Under the pieces are notes generated by a model. It ran no database searches, was not told where the DNA came from, and was given only the letters and a program-made list of their open reading frames with translations. Positions 12,163 to 24,898 of a DNA stretch of 64,000 bases are shown here, one piece after another. The DNA is taken from NCBI GenBank assembly GCA_036172245.1, contig JAYWIR010000071.1, positions 124,001 to 188,000 of the forward strand, written 5' to 3'. The first letter of the stretch is position 1. Each line of letters starts with the position of its first letter. A program made the position numbers and the translations under genes. The DNA is from Raillietiella orientalis (Eukaryota).

Positions 12163-14519
12163 TTCCACTTACCAGGATGCAGTGAGTTCTTATATTTAAG
12201 GATGCACTGCCTACTAGCAAATAAGTCACACGTGGGGGTTTCCTATAGAAAACACAATATAGCCTAGCAACATACAACCGTGCAGTCATTTACCTCACAG
12301 GATCATTTTATAAAGGCAAGTGCGATAGATTGAACTACTTTAAAGTGGACTTTGAAAATTCATTCTATTAGGGGATGCTGCTGCTTTCATCATTGTAATG
12401 AAATTCACCGGCGCACTTACATGAGGAATTCAGAAATGCAATTCCGAATATTTTCGCTAATCTTCGCTTCTATGCTATTACATACTGGCTAATGACTAAA
12501 ACATAAAATATCGCAAACATGTAGAATGTTCACCAACTTCGGCCTCGAGTTCGAAGAACACGTTCAATCGAACACCCTACACTTCATTTGATAACAACGT
12601 TGCTCGGCACTGACCTCCTCCCTGACTTGCATCCTCTTTCGTGCAATGAGCTTTCGAAAGCCAATGCTCATCGTAATTTACAGTTTGCTTTTCAAATCAA
12701 ATAAGCTTGCAGAATGTTTGGGTAAATCTGGCTTGAAACATACCTTCCTGGACATAGAGTACTTTGCAATTTCATTATTATCACATTGGGTTTTACGTAA
12801 AAATTAGCATCAGATGTTTCAAATTATTATTTAAGTTATTGTTTGAGATTCTGTTTGTTCTGGCTTTACAGGTTCATTTAGATTTAGGTTCTTTACTCAA
12901 GGAAAAGATCCTTGAAATGGAAACAGGATTCGACTGCCATGATACATGTGGAATCTGATTTGATGAACATTTTCAACCATTTGACAGCGAAGCATAGAAA
13001 CCGAGAAATAACCTCAGTAAGTGAAGATTCGTCTACCTTACAGAGAAATCTGACTACTGATCGACCAATCTTACTAATGACTGCGAGGGTGTAGGAGGCC
13101 GCAAGGAAGCACGGGGCATTTCAAGAAGACTACAGCACTAATCCAAGGAAGCAGCACCGGATTCCCAGCTCGGAAGTGCAAGCACAGTGATGAATCCTGC
13201 AAATCTTCGTGTAGTCCCATTTTTTTAGTTATCCTCGAATTTGAAATACACGCATGAAGGCTGATATGAACTTCGAAAAGAAGACAACTTTCCCTCCCAG
13301 TTTTGCGGGGAAGCTATAAGGATTTATGGAGTTTCTAATACATGAGGAAGATTCGTTGTGAAGACGCGTACTCTAATCATTTTATGTAACAGGCTTCCAT
13401 TTTTGTGTGTCTTGCCTAAAGAAATTCTACGAAGATTCCCCTTCCATGCAGTTAGTTATTTTCTGTAGCTATGTATTTCTAACTTATCCATTCGAAAAGG
13501 TTTAGTAGTTGCTTTTCTTCTTTCTCAAAAGGTTGATACCCACTGAAATAACGCCTTGCATGAGATAAGTTCCATAAGTTTATTGCTTGTGACGAAGCCG
13601 AGTGGGCATGATCAAGATAAACGAATTTACAAGAATCGGAAACTTGAACCTCGAAACTCATAATCTTTTCATTAAATGCGGTCAGTCTGTAAAGTATGGG
13701 AACAATATGAGATTCTTCAGGAATTTCCAAGTATTGAAATGTCAAAGTCTACTTGGATTCTTCTCGGGTCAAATACAGTGTAATGATATGAGATAAAATT
13801 ATTCTAAGAACGTCATTTCATTAATGCATCAAAGTACTGATTTCATGGAATTTCCTTAGATGGTGTCACTCTTTTCAGATGCTCCGATAAAATAGACACA
13901 CATTACATGGAAATTCTTGAAATTACTTACTTTCAGTTTTTAACCAAGGTAAGAACGAAGCATAACCACACGAGGAAATGGGGAAATGCCGTTTGAAACC
14001 GTGTGAAAAGGCACAAGTTTTGAGTAAATGTTTTTATGGAATGCGATCAACTGAAAGTGAAACAGGCTATCACTTAAGATCAGTTGGTTTTATCCTAATA
14101 AATGTAGCGTAGTGATAAGGTTCCACTGTCATCTGAGACCAATACAAAAGTTTATCTCGCAATCACGCCAGATAAAACCTCGAACGATGGACACGAAGTG
14201 ATTGAATACCACAATTACTGGCCATCCCACGAGAAAACTTGTTGTTGCACTTTCTAAATGATGAAGTTGTACCTAGGATCGATTCACACTTCCGTATTAT
14301 CAAGACTATTTTGTGATTTGTGAAATAGCAAGTCAAAATATTTTTACTCCGTTGGAGAGAATCTAGAAGGATCTTGTCGACACACACATTCATCCAATTA
14401 AACACATTTGCAAGCAGCAGCTACTCTCCTTTGGATATTAGATTTGGAGTTGACTTTGTCCGGCATGTGATCGCAAGTTTTTGGTGGTTCCAATTCCCTC
14501 TCCTTCCAAATTTCCTTTT

Positions 14520-16047
14520 ATTAAATGTGCATTCAATTGAAATTTCTTTTCTACCAAAATCTTTTTAATACTCCATCCAGGCCTCCCAGGTTTTGCAAGC
14601 AGAGTTGAAAAATGCACTTCCTTGCGAAAGGCTTGCCAAACCGACACGAGATCTTGCCATAAAACACCTAAATCTGTGACCTAAGTTCTCCCCTACAGAA
14701 AAGACTGACCAAGTCGAATCAACAGTACATGCTAGCTTTGGGGGATACCCATGATCAAACATGATCCTAGCATGCGACTCCTGCCAAATCTGAACATGCC
14801 GTTTCTCTTTCTGGCAAACTCTTTTGCAATACGCGCACGAGAAATTCGAGATTCTTCCACTCGTTTGAATCCCATCCTCGAACTGTTTCGCACTGTTTGA
14901 AGTTTTGTCTCCATCCACGGTTTTGAAAAAACTCGTTCTCACTTGCATCCTTTGATCTTGAAACAATCAGCGAGTTAAAAACCGTGATCTGGTGCGTTGC
15001 CCCCACCGAGGAAACTTTCTCTGCTAGCTGACCAAAACATGCACTTTTCAAACGAATGTGCTTACTTGGAATGGTTATTCGCAAGAGGAGTGATTCGAAT
15101 CGTTCGAGTGAAGTAATTACATCATTCACATTCGTCATTAGCACTTGCAGCGTCTTCATCACATTGCCATTTTTCATATGCAATCGAACAATTTATTGGT
15201 CACAACACAGCAAGGGAAAAAAAACAATTTTCCTTCCTACAAAGAAATGATAATCTTGGGAAACTAGTGGATGGCCAGATGGATGAGCAAACAGATGAAA
15301 GCAGCCGTTCGTTTTGCTACCTAAGGGGACTCTTGGCCATGTAATTTTACGATATACGCTGAAGGGGTGTCATTTATGTGGCTACTTTTTTCTGTTTGCC
15401 ACACTAAACCTTCAGATGTGCATGAATTAAAAGGAAATAAGAATGCAGTAATGGGAAAACATACCGGTACATTAAAGCTGATGTTCTGTATACACTCTTA
15501 TGTGATACTCTAACCACTACTGAAAATGGCAATGTATGTATCCATCCAATGCCATATGTACAGACTTATATCTACCGTGATGCATTCAGAAATTAGTTTG
15601 AGAAAGAATTTACACTCTTGGTTTTTGTCCCCTCTTCAGTTCTTTAAGAGTTGGCGCACAACTATCTATCTAGTCTATTAAATATTAGACTGTGCTTTAA
15701 TCTCCCCTGTTTCACAAATGCTTACAAACAAAAAATAAGCAGAAGAGCAAACAAAACAGATTTATTTCTTGAGAAGGAGCTTTGTTTTCAAAATCTCTCA
15801 AATTTCCTTTACACATTAGAAGACAATTTTCAAGGAGTGATGATAGATACCATAGTAAATATTTTAAACAGGGCATCAAAGGTTGAAATTTGTTACTGCT
15901 TATGCTTTATTAGCAGCTGAAAATTAACATCAAACATGTATGAGTATTTTAGCAAATCATTTCTATGTAAAGTACACTGAATGTTTGCAGAAACAGAATA
16001 AACAGAATCTTGGGCATACAACTGTGCCCTTAAAAACAAAATGCAAA
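14520..16047. repeat. Duplicated segment B: copy of Hippo intron 2 (33267-34740) plus a Hippo intron-1 fragment (~35032-35081), with exon 2 deleted
   Basis: 14520-15993 matches 33267-34740 at offset 18747 with only a few substitutions (paired near-identical ORFs in the track). 15998-16047 matches 35032-35081. Confidence 0.95.
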
Positions 16048-16809
16048 TTACAAATGTAATTGGCTGAGCTTAGAGTGCACCCTATTGATAACATCAGAAT
16101 CTGTAACTGGCATAACACCTGGGACATCACCACTGAGAAACTGTTTACTATGTACAGTTCTTTTTCTCATATTAGCCCCAGAACTACTTCCAGATTTGTT
16201 TGATGTATCTTCACTTTCATTACCATCTTCTAAGCTCCACTCGGGATAATCAGGGACAGGTGGCATATCTTCATCTCCGTATTTATCGAATATCGCTTTC
16301 AAATAATCAGGTTTATAGATACCAGGTGGTCTTTGTTCTTGGAAAGCTCTCACAGCAGCAGCTGCACTCCAATCCATTTTCTCTACCAAGTAGGAAACAA
16401 TAAGAAACCCAGTCCTATTGAAACCATGAGTACAATGCACTCCAATACATTCTAAGGGTTGTTCTCTTACAAACATACTGCACAAGTTAATAAAAGTTCG
16501 AACTTGGCCATCTCTAGGTACTTCTCCATGACCCTTGCAATTCAGTTTAATATATTTTACACCAGCTTCCTCAACAGTTTTCTTGTCATAATACCTTGTA
16601 GTATTTGTCAGATCAATCCATAAGCCAAGCTTTATTTCCTGATCTTGAAGGGATTGAAACAAAAGTGCTGGTGTGAAACGATACTGTAGTGGCACTTTAC
16701 TATCGTAATGATTACTAAGGGGAGTTTTAAAAGCTACAAATTTTCCTGCAATGGGATTTATAGATTTGCGGGGGCAGTTCAACCAGCAAGAAGGTAGTGG
16801 TGGAGACAT
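16048..16809 (-). CDS. Truncated RNGTT paralogue: intact 253-aa ORF with the RNA triphosphatase domain only (functional gene or young pseudogene)
   Basis: Near-identical to RNGTT residues ~1-250 with HCTHGFNRTG intact. It ends HSKLSQLHL* at the duplication junction, before FPGSQPVS. AATAAA on the minus strand at 15906-15911. Confidence 0.75.
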   Translation of the reverse strand: MSPPLPSCWLNCPRKSINPIAGKFVAFKTPLSNHYDSKVPLQYRFTPALLFQSLQDQEIKLGLWIDLTNTTRYYDKKTVEEAGVKYIKLNCKGHGEVPRDGQVRTFINLCSMFVREQPLECIGVHCTHGFNRTGFLIVSYLVEKMDWSAAAAVRAFQEQRPPGIYKPDYLKAIFDKYGDEDMPPVPDYPEWSLEDGNESEDTSNKSGSSSGANMRKRTVHSKQFLSGDVPGVMPVTDSDVINRVHSKLSQLHL

Positions 16810-17374
16810 TCTTCACAATCCACTTTCATGGAACAAAACAGAACAGAAAATTGAGACATTTATATCCAACATAAATGGATGAAGTCACTTATTTAATCAA
16901 GCGCCATAAGTTACATGATTATCAATAAACCCTAGTGTTTTGCTTACAGGTTCTCCATGAATTACCATCAAAAATATTCTATACACAATAAACTGCATGA
17001 AACAAATATAAATATCTCTACAGTATTCTTCACCCTTTTAGTCATATATGTATCTAGAAACGCAAACACATGTACTTCTACAGCTACTTACTACCAAACA
17101 AAATACAGGCCAGTTCAATTGCAAAACCATACAAATATTCGCATGTCATTAAGAAAGAGGGATCTTGAGGAATCAACGCATATAAGAATCCAAGGCTGTT
17201 TACTTTATAACGAATTTGCTGTTGTGTGTAACACTAAGAGGAGGATTGAACACAAACATTGATGAGAACAAGCAGTAATTGTTTACAATGTAAGCCATTC
17301 TGAAACATCTTTTGTGTGCAACTACACTTCAAAGCAGTCTAATCATTTATGCTTCAGAAAATTATGTCCCGTTA
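16057..17374. repeat. Duplicated segment A, copy 2; partner 10845-12162
   Basis: Direct sequence match as above. Confidence 0.95.
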
Positions 17375-18292
17375 CACCCTGCTGGTTGATTCACTCATCT
17401 CAATTGAGACAACCGTGGGGCCGGGCGCCACATCAGCGGAAAGGGGCAGCAGCTTTGCCTCTGCCTAGAGGGAGACACGATTAAATTTGGAGCTAAAATT
17501 ATTAGCGATAAACTTGGAACTACGTCTGTATAATGTCAAATGGAATACAGTTTCGAGATTTATAAAATTCACATTCTCTGACATTTCTGGTAGAAGCAGT
17601 TTGCATATCACAAACAAAAATCACAAATCGAGTTTTCGAGGCTTTAAAAAATTGGTAGATGGAAAACATTGGAAATAATTACCAAACAAGAAAAAGTAAA
17701 TTAACAGGGCTATTCATGCTGATGCTGTTTTCTGGACCTCAACATCTTTCAAGAACCGTAAGTCAACTGCGTTGCAAGAGAAAGTCGTTTCTCAAGTACA
17801 TCCCATTTTTCTGTTACGTCCCAGTTTCTTCGAACAAAGAAGATAACTTCCGGCATTCCAGCATTTGGGTGTTAAATCACGGAATCCGAAATACGAATGT
17901 TTACTTTCAGTTTCTATTGAAATCACATTATTGGCCTTATAAGCTTTATCAAGCAGGGTGTAATGGAACTTGCACCATGGATGTGTACACTCAAAACTGC
18001 AGAAAGGGTGTATTTATGAGCTAAAATACTGGCTTTGAGTACTGTGGATAGATGTTTGGGAAAGAGTGCAACTCTGTGGCCATATGTTCAATATTAAAGA
18101 ACTTGAGACTTTTAGGATAAAATACCAGTTATAATTGCACTGCAACTTTAATGTCATTCCATGCTTTACCAAAAAAGCAAAAATAAAATTGCATCAACAA
18201 TTCTCAAATTCATAAAAATGAATGAAGGCAAGAAATTCTAGAACTTGGAATTTCATGTTTGTGTCATTTCAATATCAAAAGAGAGGTCAAGA

Positions 18293-20655
18293 TCACGACT
18301 GTGACAGCTCAAGTATTTTGTCTCCATGCAAGCTATCTGTGAAATAGGGAATTTGCAGTACATTGTTGAAGTATATTTTCTCCATTGGAATGTTAACAGT
18401 CCAAGCAAGTACATGAATACCTTTTCTATGGTATGACTGTATTACTTCCCTAAAAAAATCTATGAGTAAAAGTTTCTCAACCAATCATTTGATCTTACAT
18501 ATTAAGCACATCCTTGTGCAAAAGTACTGCTGAAAGTCCCAAATAGTCCCAATAACAGTTCTGGAAAAGCCAGTCATGAATGACATCTACAAGAATGGCT
18601 AAGTAATGCTTAAACCAGGAAGAGAAATATGGTCTAGAGCATCCTTTAATGCCACTGTAGTTCTCATATGAGAAGAATTTTGGCCTCCATGCCAAACAGC
18701 AAATAATTTCAGGTTCATTGGATCTAATCTAGAAAGATTTGTAAAATTTAAAATGCAAATAAAATTTCCTTCACAATTACAACTTGCCTGATAAATGAGG
18801 TGAGGATAAAAAGAGGTTACGACAGCAACTTTAAAAAGAGCTGGATATTTGTGGAACATGTTGATAACTGTGGACACACTCTAGAATTAATTTATAACAG
18901 ATGAGAAATATAAATGTACTCACTTTATATGTAGGGGATTTCAAATCAATGAACATTTTTAAACCTATATCCAAGCAAGTACAGATTCCCTGCTCAAAGG
19001 TGGGAATTTTCTCCCCAACAAATTTTTCTCTGAGTGATGAAAGTACAGGTATTGATGTCTGGAAAAATGTGAAGTGCCATTCTTACCCATAAATGGTATT
19101 TGACCCAATATCGAACTTTTCTAGTTCTTCATATGTGATTTCGGATATTTTTCCAGTTCCATTTGTGATTCTGTCAAGAGTGTTGTCGTGGAACAAAACA
19201 GGCACCCAATCTTTGGTGAATGAAAGATCAAATTCCACTGCATGACAATGGCATTCTTTGCACTGAAATGAGAAAGAGGTTCCTTAAAATTAGCACTCAC
19301 AGATCCATCATCACAAGGAATTATTAAATGTCTGGATTTAAGTATTATGTGCAACAGGTAACAAACATGGAATATAATTTAGTTTACCTTCATTTTTTGA
19401 TGTTTCCAGATGCAAAACAAACAATGATCATACCACTCATATATCTTTTTAAAATTTATACCAAAATTCCATGATATTTACTCAGTGAATTGTGTTTTCA
19501 GTTTGATAATCAAGATGAGCTTTTATTACCAATATCGTACGCAAATTTTTCCCAAACTGGAAAATTCCCTTCCCTCCCTCCTTGAAGCTCTTGACTGTAT
19601 CGCTTGACACATGAAGCTTACTGAAACACTCCTATGACTCTGTTTAACCCAGTAAGATAATTCCATATTAAAGATGCAGTCATGCTTTCATTGCATACAG
19701 ACATCACAATATAATAAGTAGCTTGGAAACTGGATATTGCAAATTACTAAATTCAGTGCATTATTTGTTACGCACATTAATGAAGTGATTCTTCAACTAT
19801 TCTTTCATAGCACTCAGATTGAGGATCCTCAATTGATTCGAGATATGATGAAGTAATACATTCTACCATTCACAGTAAAATCTTTCTTTTAGGGGCAAAC
19901 AGCAACTACATAATCACAAAAAGGCAACCCATTTCCTGACTATTGAAGGCAAACTTAACCAACCAAGGAAAAAAGTCCGCTTTCCGTTACTTGTAGACAT
20001 ATACCTTTTACAATGTGTAACATTGCAATTGCTGCGGTATTTTTTGGTCACAGAATTCGTTTTTCACTCTCTCATTATCGCTCAAGCTGGAGGAAAAGCT
20101 TTTTATCTGTCACAGTTGCACCGTACACCAGAGATCGGAGAATTTTCGTTTTACGTCCAGCTGCTGCTGCATTGCCTTTGTCCACATATTCCATCTTAAA
20201 TATTTGGCAGGAAGAGTCGAGGCTTTTTCGTTTCATGTTTCTTATCGTTTATACTCATGCTACATTCTGGTGTGCTTCGTGGAAACAATCAAAAAATTCG
20301 AGTTTCAACACCGTTGGCAACGTAATTACTAAAAGTCCACTCCTACCTTACGAAATGCTGAGATGCTGTTTTCCGGAGCATCCAAACATGCTCCACGGTG
20401 GGCGATCACATCGATCTTGCTAAAAGATGCAGACTGTGCCTGGGCATCGGGCTTTTTGATGGGGCCGAAAAATTCCTCCACAGCTTCCAGCGGAGGGCGT
20501 TCCAAACGAGTTTTGTACAGTGAAAAGAATAGTATTGCAAAAGAACTTCCGATCCACAGAACAGTGTCCACTTTGATGAAGAGCAAATCGGTGTAAACGA
20601 TATGTGCGACATAGAAGCACGTCCAGATAAATGCACCGTATTTCAGCAGAAACAT
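18293..20655 (-). CDS. GDE1: Glycerophosphodiester phosphodiesterase (GDE1/MIR16-like), 6 exons
   Basis: N-terminal hydrophobic segments, VIAHRGACLDAPENSISAFRK, AVEFDLSFTKDWVPVLFHDNTLDRIT, GEKIPTFEQ, FIDLK, VVTSFYPHLIY and VLAWTVN. Confidence 0.9.
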
Positions 20656-23600
20656 ACTTCAGCAGCAGCTCACTGGAATTTCCGTGGTCATGTTCAGTGG
20701 AAGCACAGCACGAGCACACTCACAAAACCTTCGGCGTATGCAATCTCCATAGCTTTGTTGTTTGTTTCAGAAAGGTTTTTTTTGCTGCCACGAATTTTTT
20801 TGCACGAAGTTCGCAACGATGCCCGTGAGGTCGCTTCGGCGTGTGCCCCGTTGATCTCCGGGCTGCCACCCCCTCTCCCAAATTATTTATCAACCTTACA
20901 TCCGACAAAGATTTTCATAAAAACGAAGCCGTGCAACGGCACCCCGATTCAGCACCACCGGAGAAAGCAGACTCCCTGCAACGGATTTCAGGGGAAGATC
21001 ATTGGTACGGGCAGCTTCCAGATGTGGAGATTGAGATTCCCTAGTTGCGCAAAGTAATCTTCCAAGTGAGCCCTCACCGTGGAAACCGATGTCCAAAGAG
21101 TGGAATTGGTTTCGAAATTCCGCAAATAAAAAATGACACGCAGGCTGGAGCGTGCTTTTCCTTTTCCACGTACTCGCTTCTCGCTTCTTCTGTGAAAATT
21201 TCACTTCATAAATAGTGAAGGTTCGATCTTTCGGGATTGGTACTGAAACTGGGATTTTAAATGACAAGAACCAAGAAGTGAAATCAGTGATCGTTGATTC
21301 AATCGTGTTGAATAAACAACTGATGGATTCAAGTGCGGCTAAACTGCTAACTTGATTTACTTCTTGATTTTCAAATCATGGCAGCAGCACTGCAACCTGG
21401 GTCAAAGGACATCTTGATAACTCTGCACATTTTTGTCAGCATAATTCTTCTCGAATTCGTACACAGAAAGCAATTTTGAATGCTGACGTAGAAGTTTGTG
21501 TGATTTATCTCCTCGTAGAAATGATTACCGCTGTAGCAAAACGGCACACTTCTGATTGTAGATAATGTCTCGAGAATACAAATTTAATAAGACTACTTAA
21601 ACCGGAATGCCGCCCGGATTTTTTGGAACTCTTTCCCTTCCGCTCGTCCTCAGTTAATTGCTCACTTATTCTCACTCTTGAGCAGCTCACAAAAACTGTT
21701 TGTTCGTGTTTCTTGATATTAGTTTAGCTTATTTCACTCATAATATAGTTTTCAGCTTTTCCGAAATATTTTTTTGCGCAGTCCGTGGGATTGTTTTTTC
21801 GTATCTTTGCTTGCTTGTCAAATCGATAAGGAGATTTTGCTGATGTGATGAACGCCTCTTCTACGATAACATCTGAAATGTCCTACAAAGGATTTGAGTT
21901 CTCTGTTTTCATTTGTACAGCGAACTTTGACGTGCTTCTGAAATAAACATGCTTTCAACAAGTAATCAGCTTTCTCAACTTCACAGATTTGTTCAAAAAC
22001 GCCCGTTTTCGGTACTTCCCTTGAACGAACAAGGACTTCTGGTGGGTTTTCTCATCCTACAGTACCAAAGAACTCGAGTTATTTGATTGCAAGTCGTGCT
22101 AATCAATTTTTCAACCTAGAGGAAGGACTTTTGTAGGATGTTACTAGAACCCATTTTAGCAGGATAACGCCAACGTCAGACAACTAAGTGCTCCCCGAAT
22201 ATTCAAAAAAAAAGAAAAGAGGGATGGGGGGAGGAGGGGGAAGAGAGAAGCCTCTTAGTTCTGATATGATGAAGTTACTATTATTTGATGATTGCATGTG
22301 TAAAAACATACAATAAACGAAATATACAAGCCGATATATTTTTCGAATGAAAAACAAGAAAGAAAGAAATGTTAAAAGTTTCTGCCAATCAGTGCTACAA
22401 GCAGGAAAAAAATAGCTTCCTAGAAGCGTCGCATGTAATTTAATTTCTCATTGGCATCCATTATCCAAGTATTGCAGTTCTCCCTTCCTTCGCCTTCAAT
22501 GTCTGTGACTGATGATGTGCGGACAGACTTCTGTGATACGTCTTCAAACTTATTGCAAAACTTGAGAGGACGATGTCCTCAAGAATTTCGTCAAGTAATT
22601 GACAAGACTTTGCAAAAGATGAGGAGCCAGTCGGCAATGAAGACGTACATCAACTTCCACCTCCCGATGGCACGATTTTAAGTGGTCCTCAGGTTTTCAG
22701 CACACGAGAATTCCGAGAACTCAAAGTCAGTGGACCCAGAACAGTCATCTGCTTGTGGATTTCCAAAAGTGTGCGCTTTGAGAGAGGGAGAAAAAAAGGT
22801 TGAGCTACTGGACCAAGCTATCCTGAAATTCTGGACCAGCGACATCCTAGCGGTACCCTCGGGTTCCTGAGATTCTGCTGCTTCTGATCCCGTCTCCTCT
22901 TGCCAACGGTGTACGCGTTTCCACGGGCAACCTCACGACTGCTTTTCGCGCATACGCTTGCCTTCGTACGAGACGAGAAACTTCACCCGTTTGGCAAGTT
23001 GTGCGACTGCCCTTCCAATGATCTTCACTCTATCCCGGACTGAAGCCGTAGACGAAGAAGCGAATGGAAGAAGCCTTAACGGAAGAGAAGGATTGCTCGA
23101 CTTCCTGAGAGCTGATGACGTCAGACCGAAGAATACTTCCAGCATTTTGGCTGAAAATCACCAAACTGCTCCCCTTCCCTCCCACTTCTAATTCGCGAGC
23201 ATCCTTTTCCGTCGACTACGTACATTTTCTCTGGGCATCCAGGACCAATCGTATTTGCCGTGCAAGGTCAGCGAGGGCGTAACCAATGAAAGACCTCGCA
23301 ACTTATGGGGTAAAGGAGTGTGCAGGGGCGGACTTTGCAGGATGCGGTCCACACGTGGGAGAGAGGAAGGGAAAATGGGGAGGGGCACAGATGCACGCCC
23401 GGGATGCGCTTAACCGTCGGTCCGTCGCCTTCACGAGTGGTCTCGTGAGGAACGAGGAAAGGGGAAAGAAGCAAAGGGTGGTCTGCGTGCTCCTTGCGTG
23501 GGCGCTCCTCCGTTACAGCGAAGGAAAGCTCTCCGCCCCTCCAGGGCGGGTTCGCCGGAAGACTGGAACCTCGCGTTAGAAGGGACCCACCCTCAAGGAG

Positions 23601-24898
23601 CCGGGAACGTGTCCGTCTTGCCGATCCAGAACTGCACGGCGAAGGATTCTCCCATCGAGGAGCCCGGGGGATGGACGTGGCCAGCTTGGATATGAAGGCG
23701 AAACTAGTGCCGGGTGGACGACGGAGGGGGGACACACCCGGAGGACACAGCCAGCCTCCCGGGAGGCGAAAACGCTCGTCTGTCTGCAAACTGCGTGCCC
23801 GCGCGCGCGGAGCGGCTGATGGAGGAGAGGAGGAGGCCAAGCCTCCCACTCACCCCCTTTCTTTGCCCGGGAAGCTTCCCGCAGGAGATGGGTGCGTCCG
23901 CATGTGGATCAGCACCATGACGACGACAGCCAAGCGTCGGTCCTCCTACCACCGCTGGTCCTCTTGCGCGCTGGGCGCAAAGTGCCATAGAGCCTCCGCC
24001 TCTGCGAACAGGGATGAGGGAGAGACTCGGCTGGAGAGACCACCGGAGGGTCCTCGCAGTCAGGAGCACCCTCGAAGTAGAAAGGGCGAGAGCGAGCGGA
24101 AATGGGTCGAGCCGCCCCGCGGAGGAACAGGCCACGAGTCGTCGCCAGTTTCCAGGGTAACGCCCAGCTCCGGGCGCGCGAGGACGGTCGATTCGCGGGC
24201 GCCGCGTAACTTTGGTGACTGCTGACGTTTCCTCTGTGGCAGGGAGAGCACGCAACCCACTCGTCCACTCCCTGCCCTTGCAGCCCTGCAGCAGGACCCT
24301 CCACCCGTTCCCGTTTCTCTAGGAAGGAGAGTAAGACTTGAAAGGAAGGGAAGGAAGCGAAGAGCGGCCCTCCGGCAGCGAGCAGGCTCAGCCGCTGCCA
24401 CGATCTCCCCACGCCGCAGCCCCTTGGGGGGATCCCCCCAGCTTGCAGCCACTCCGATGCTAAACCGATGTGGCAATCGGAGTCCTTCTGTGGTACTACC
24501 ATCTCGACGGACTCGCGCTCCGGTCGATGCGATGCCTCCGCCACCCACCTCAACCACTCAGTACTCTTCACGTCCACCATTCCATTCCTTGGAATACGCC
24601 GTCCATACCACCCATGCAGACCCTTTTTATGCCAGGCAACGAACCGCGCCTCGCCGGTCCTTCGTTCCGGCCGGAAGGGAGAGCGGCAGGCCAGAAACCG
24701 CGAGCAGCGAGGGCGCAGCCGTCGCTCTTGCAGTCGGAGGTCAGGGGGAGGGGAGAGGAAGGCGAGTCCACGGCGAGGGCAGGGTATGGATGGATGGAGA
24801 GGAGAGGGCGCATTCCGATGTCCCGCAGCTGGGCCCGCGGATGGCAGGCGGTCGGAGGAGGAGGAGGAGGAGGGAGGGATGACGGAATCACCGAGTCG

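Noticed and set aside
14520..15993. Segment B pair as the LTRs of a retrotransposon
   Set aside because: The intervening DNA holds host genes and no gag/pol, no TG...CA ends or TSD were seen, and homology continues into Hippo intron 1.
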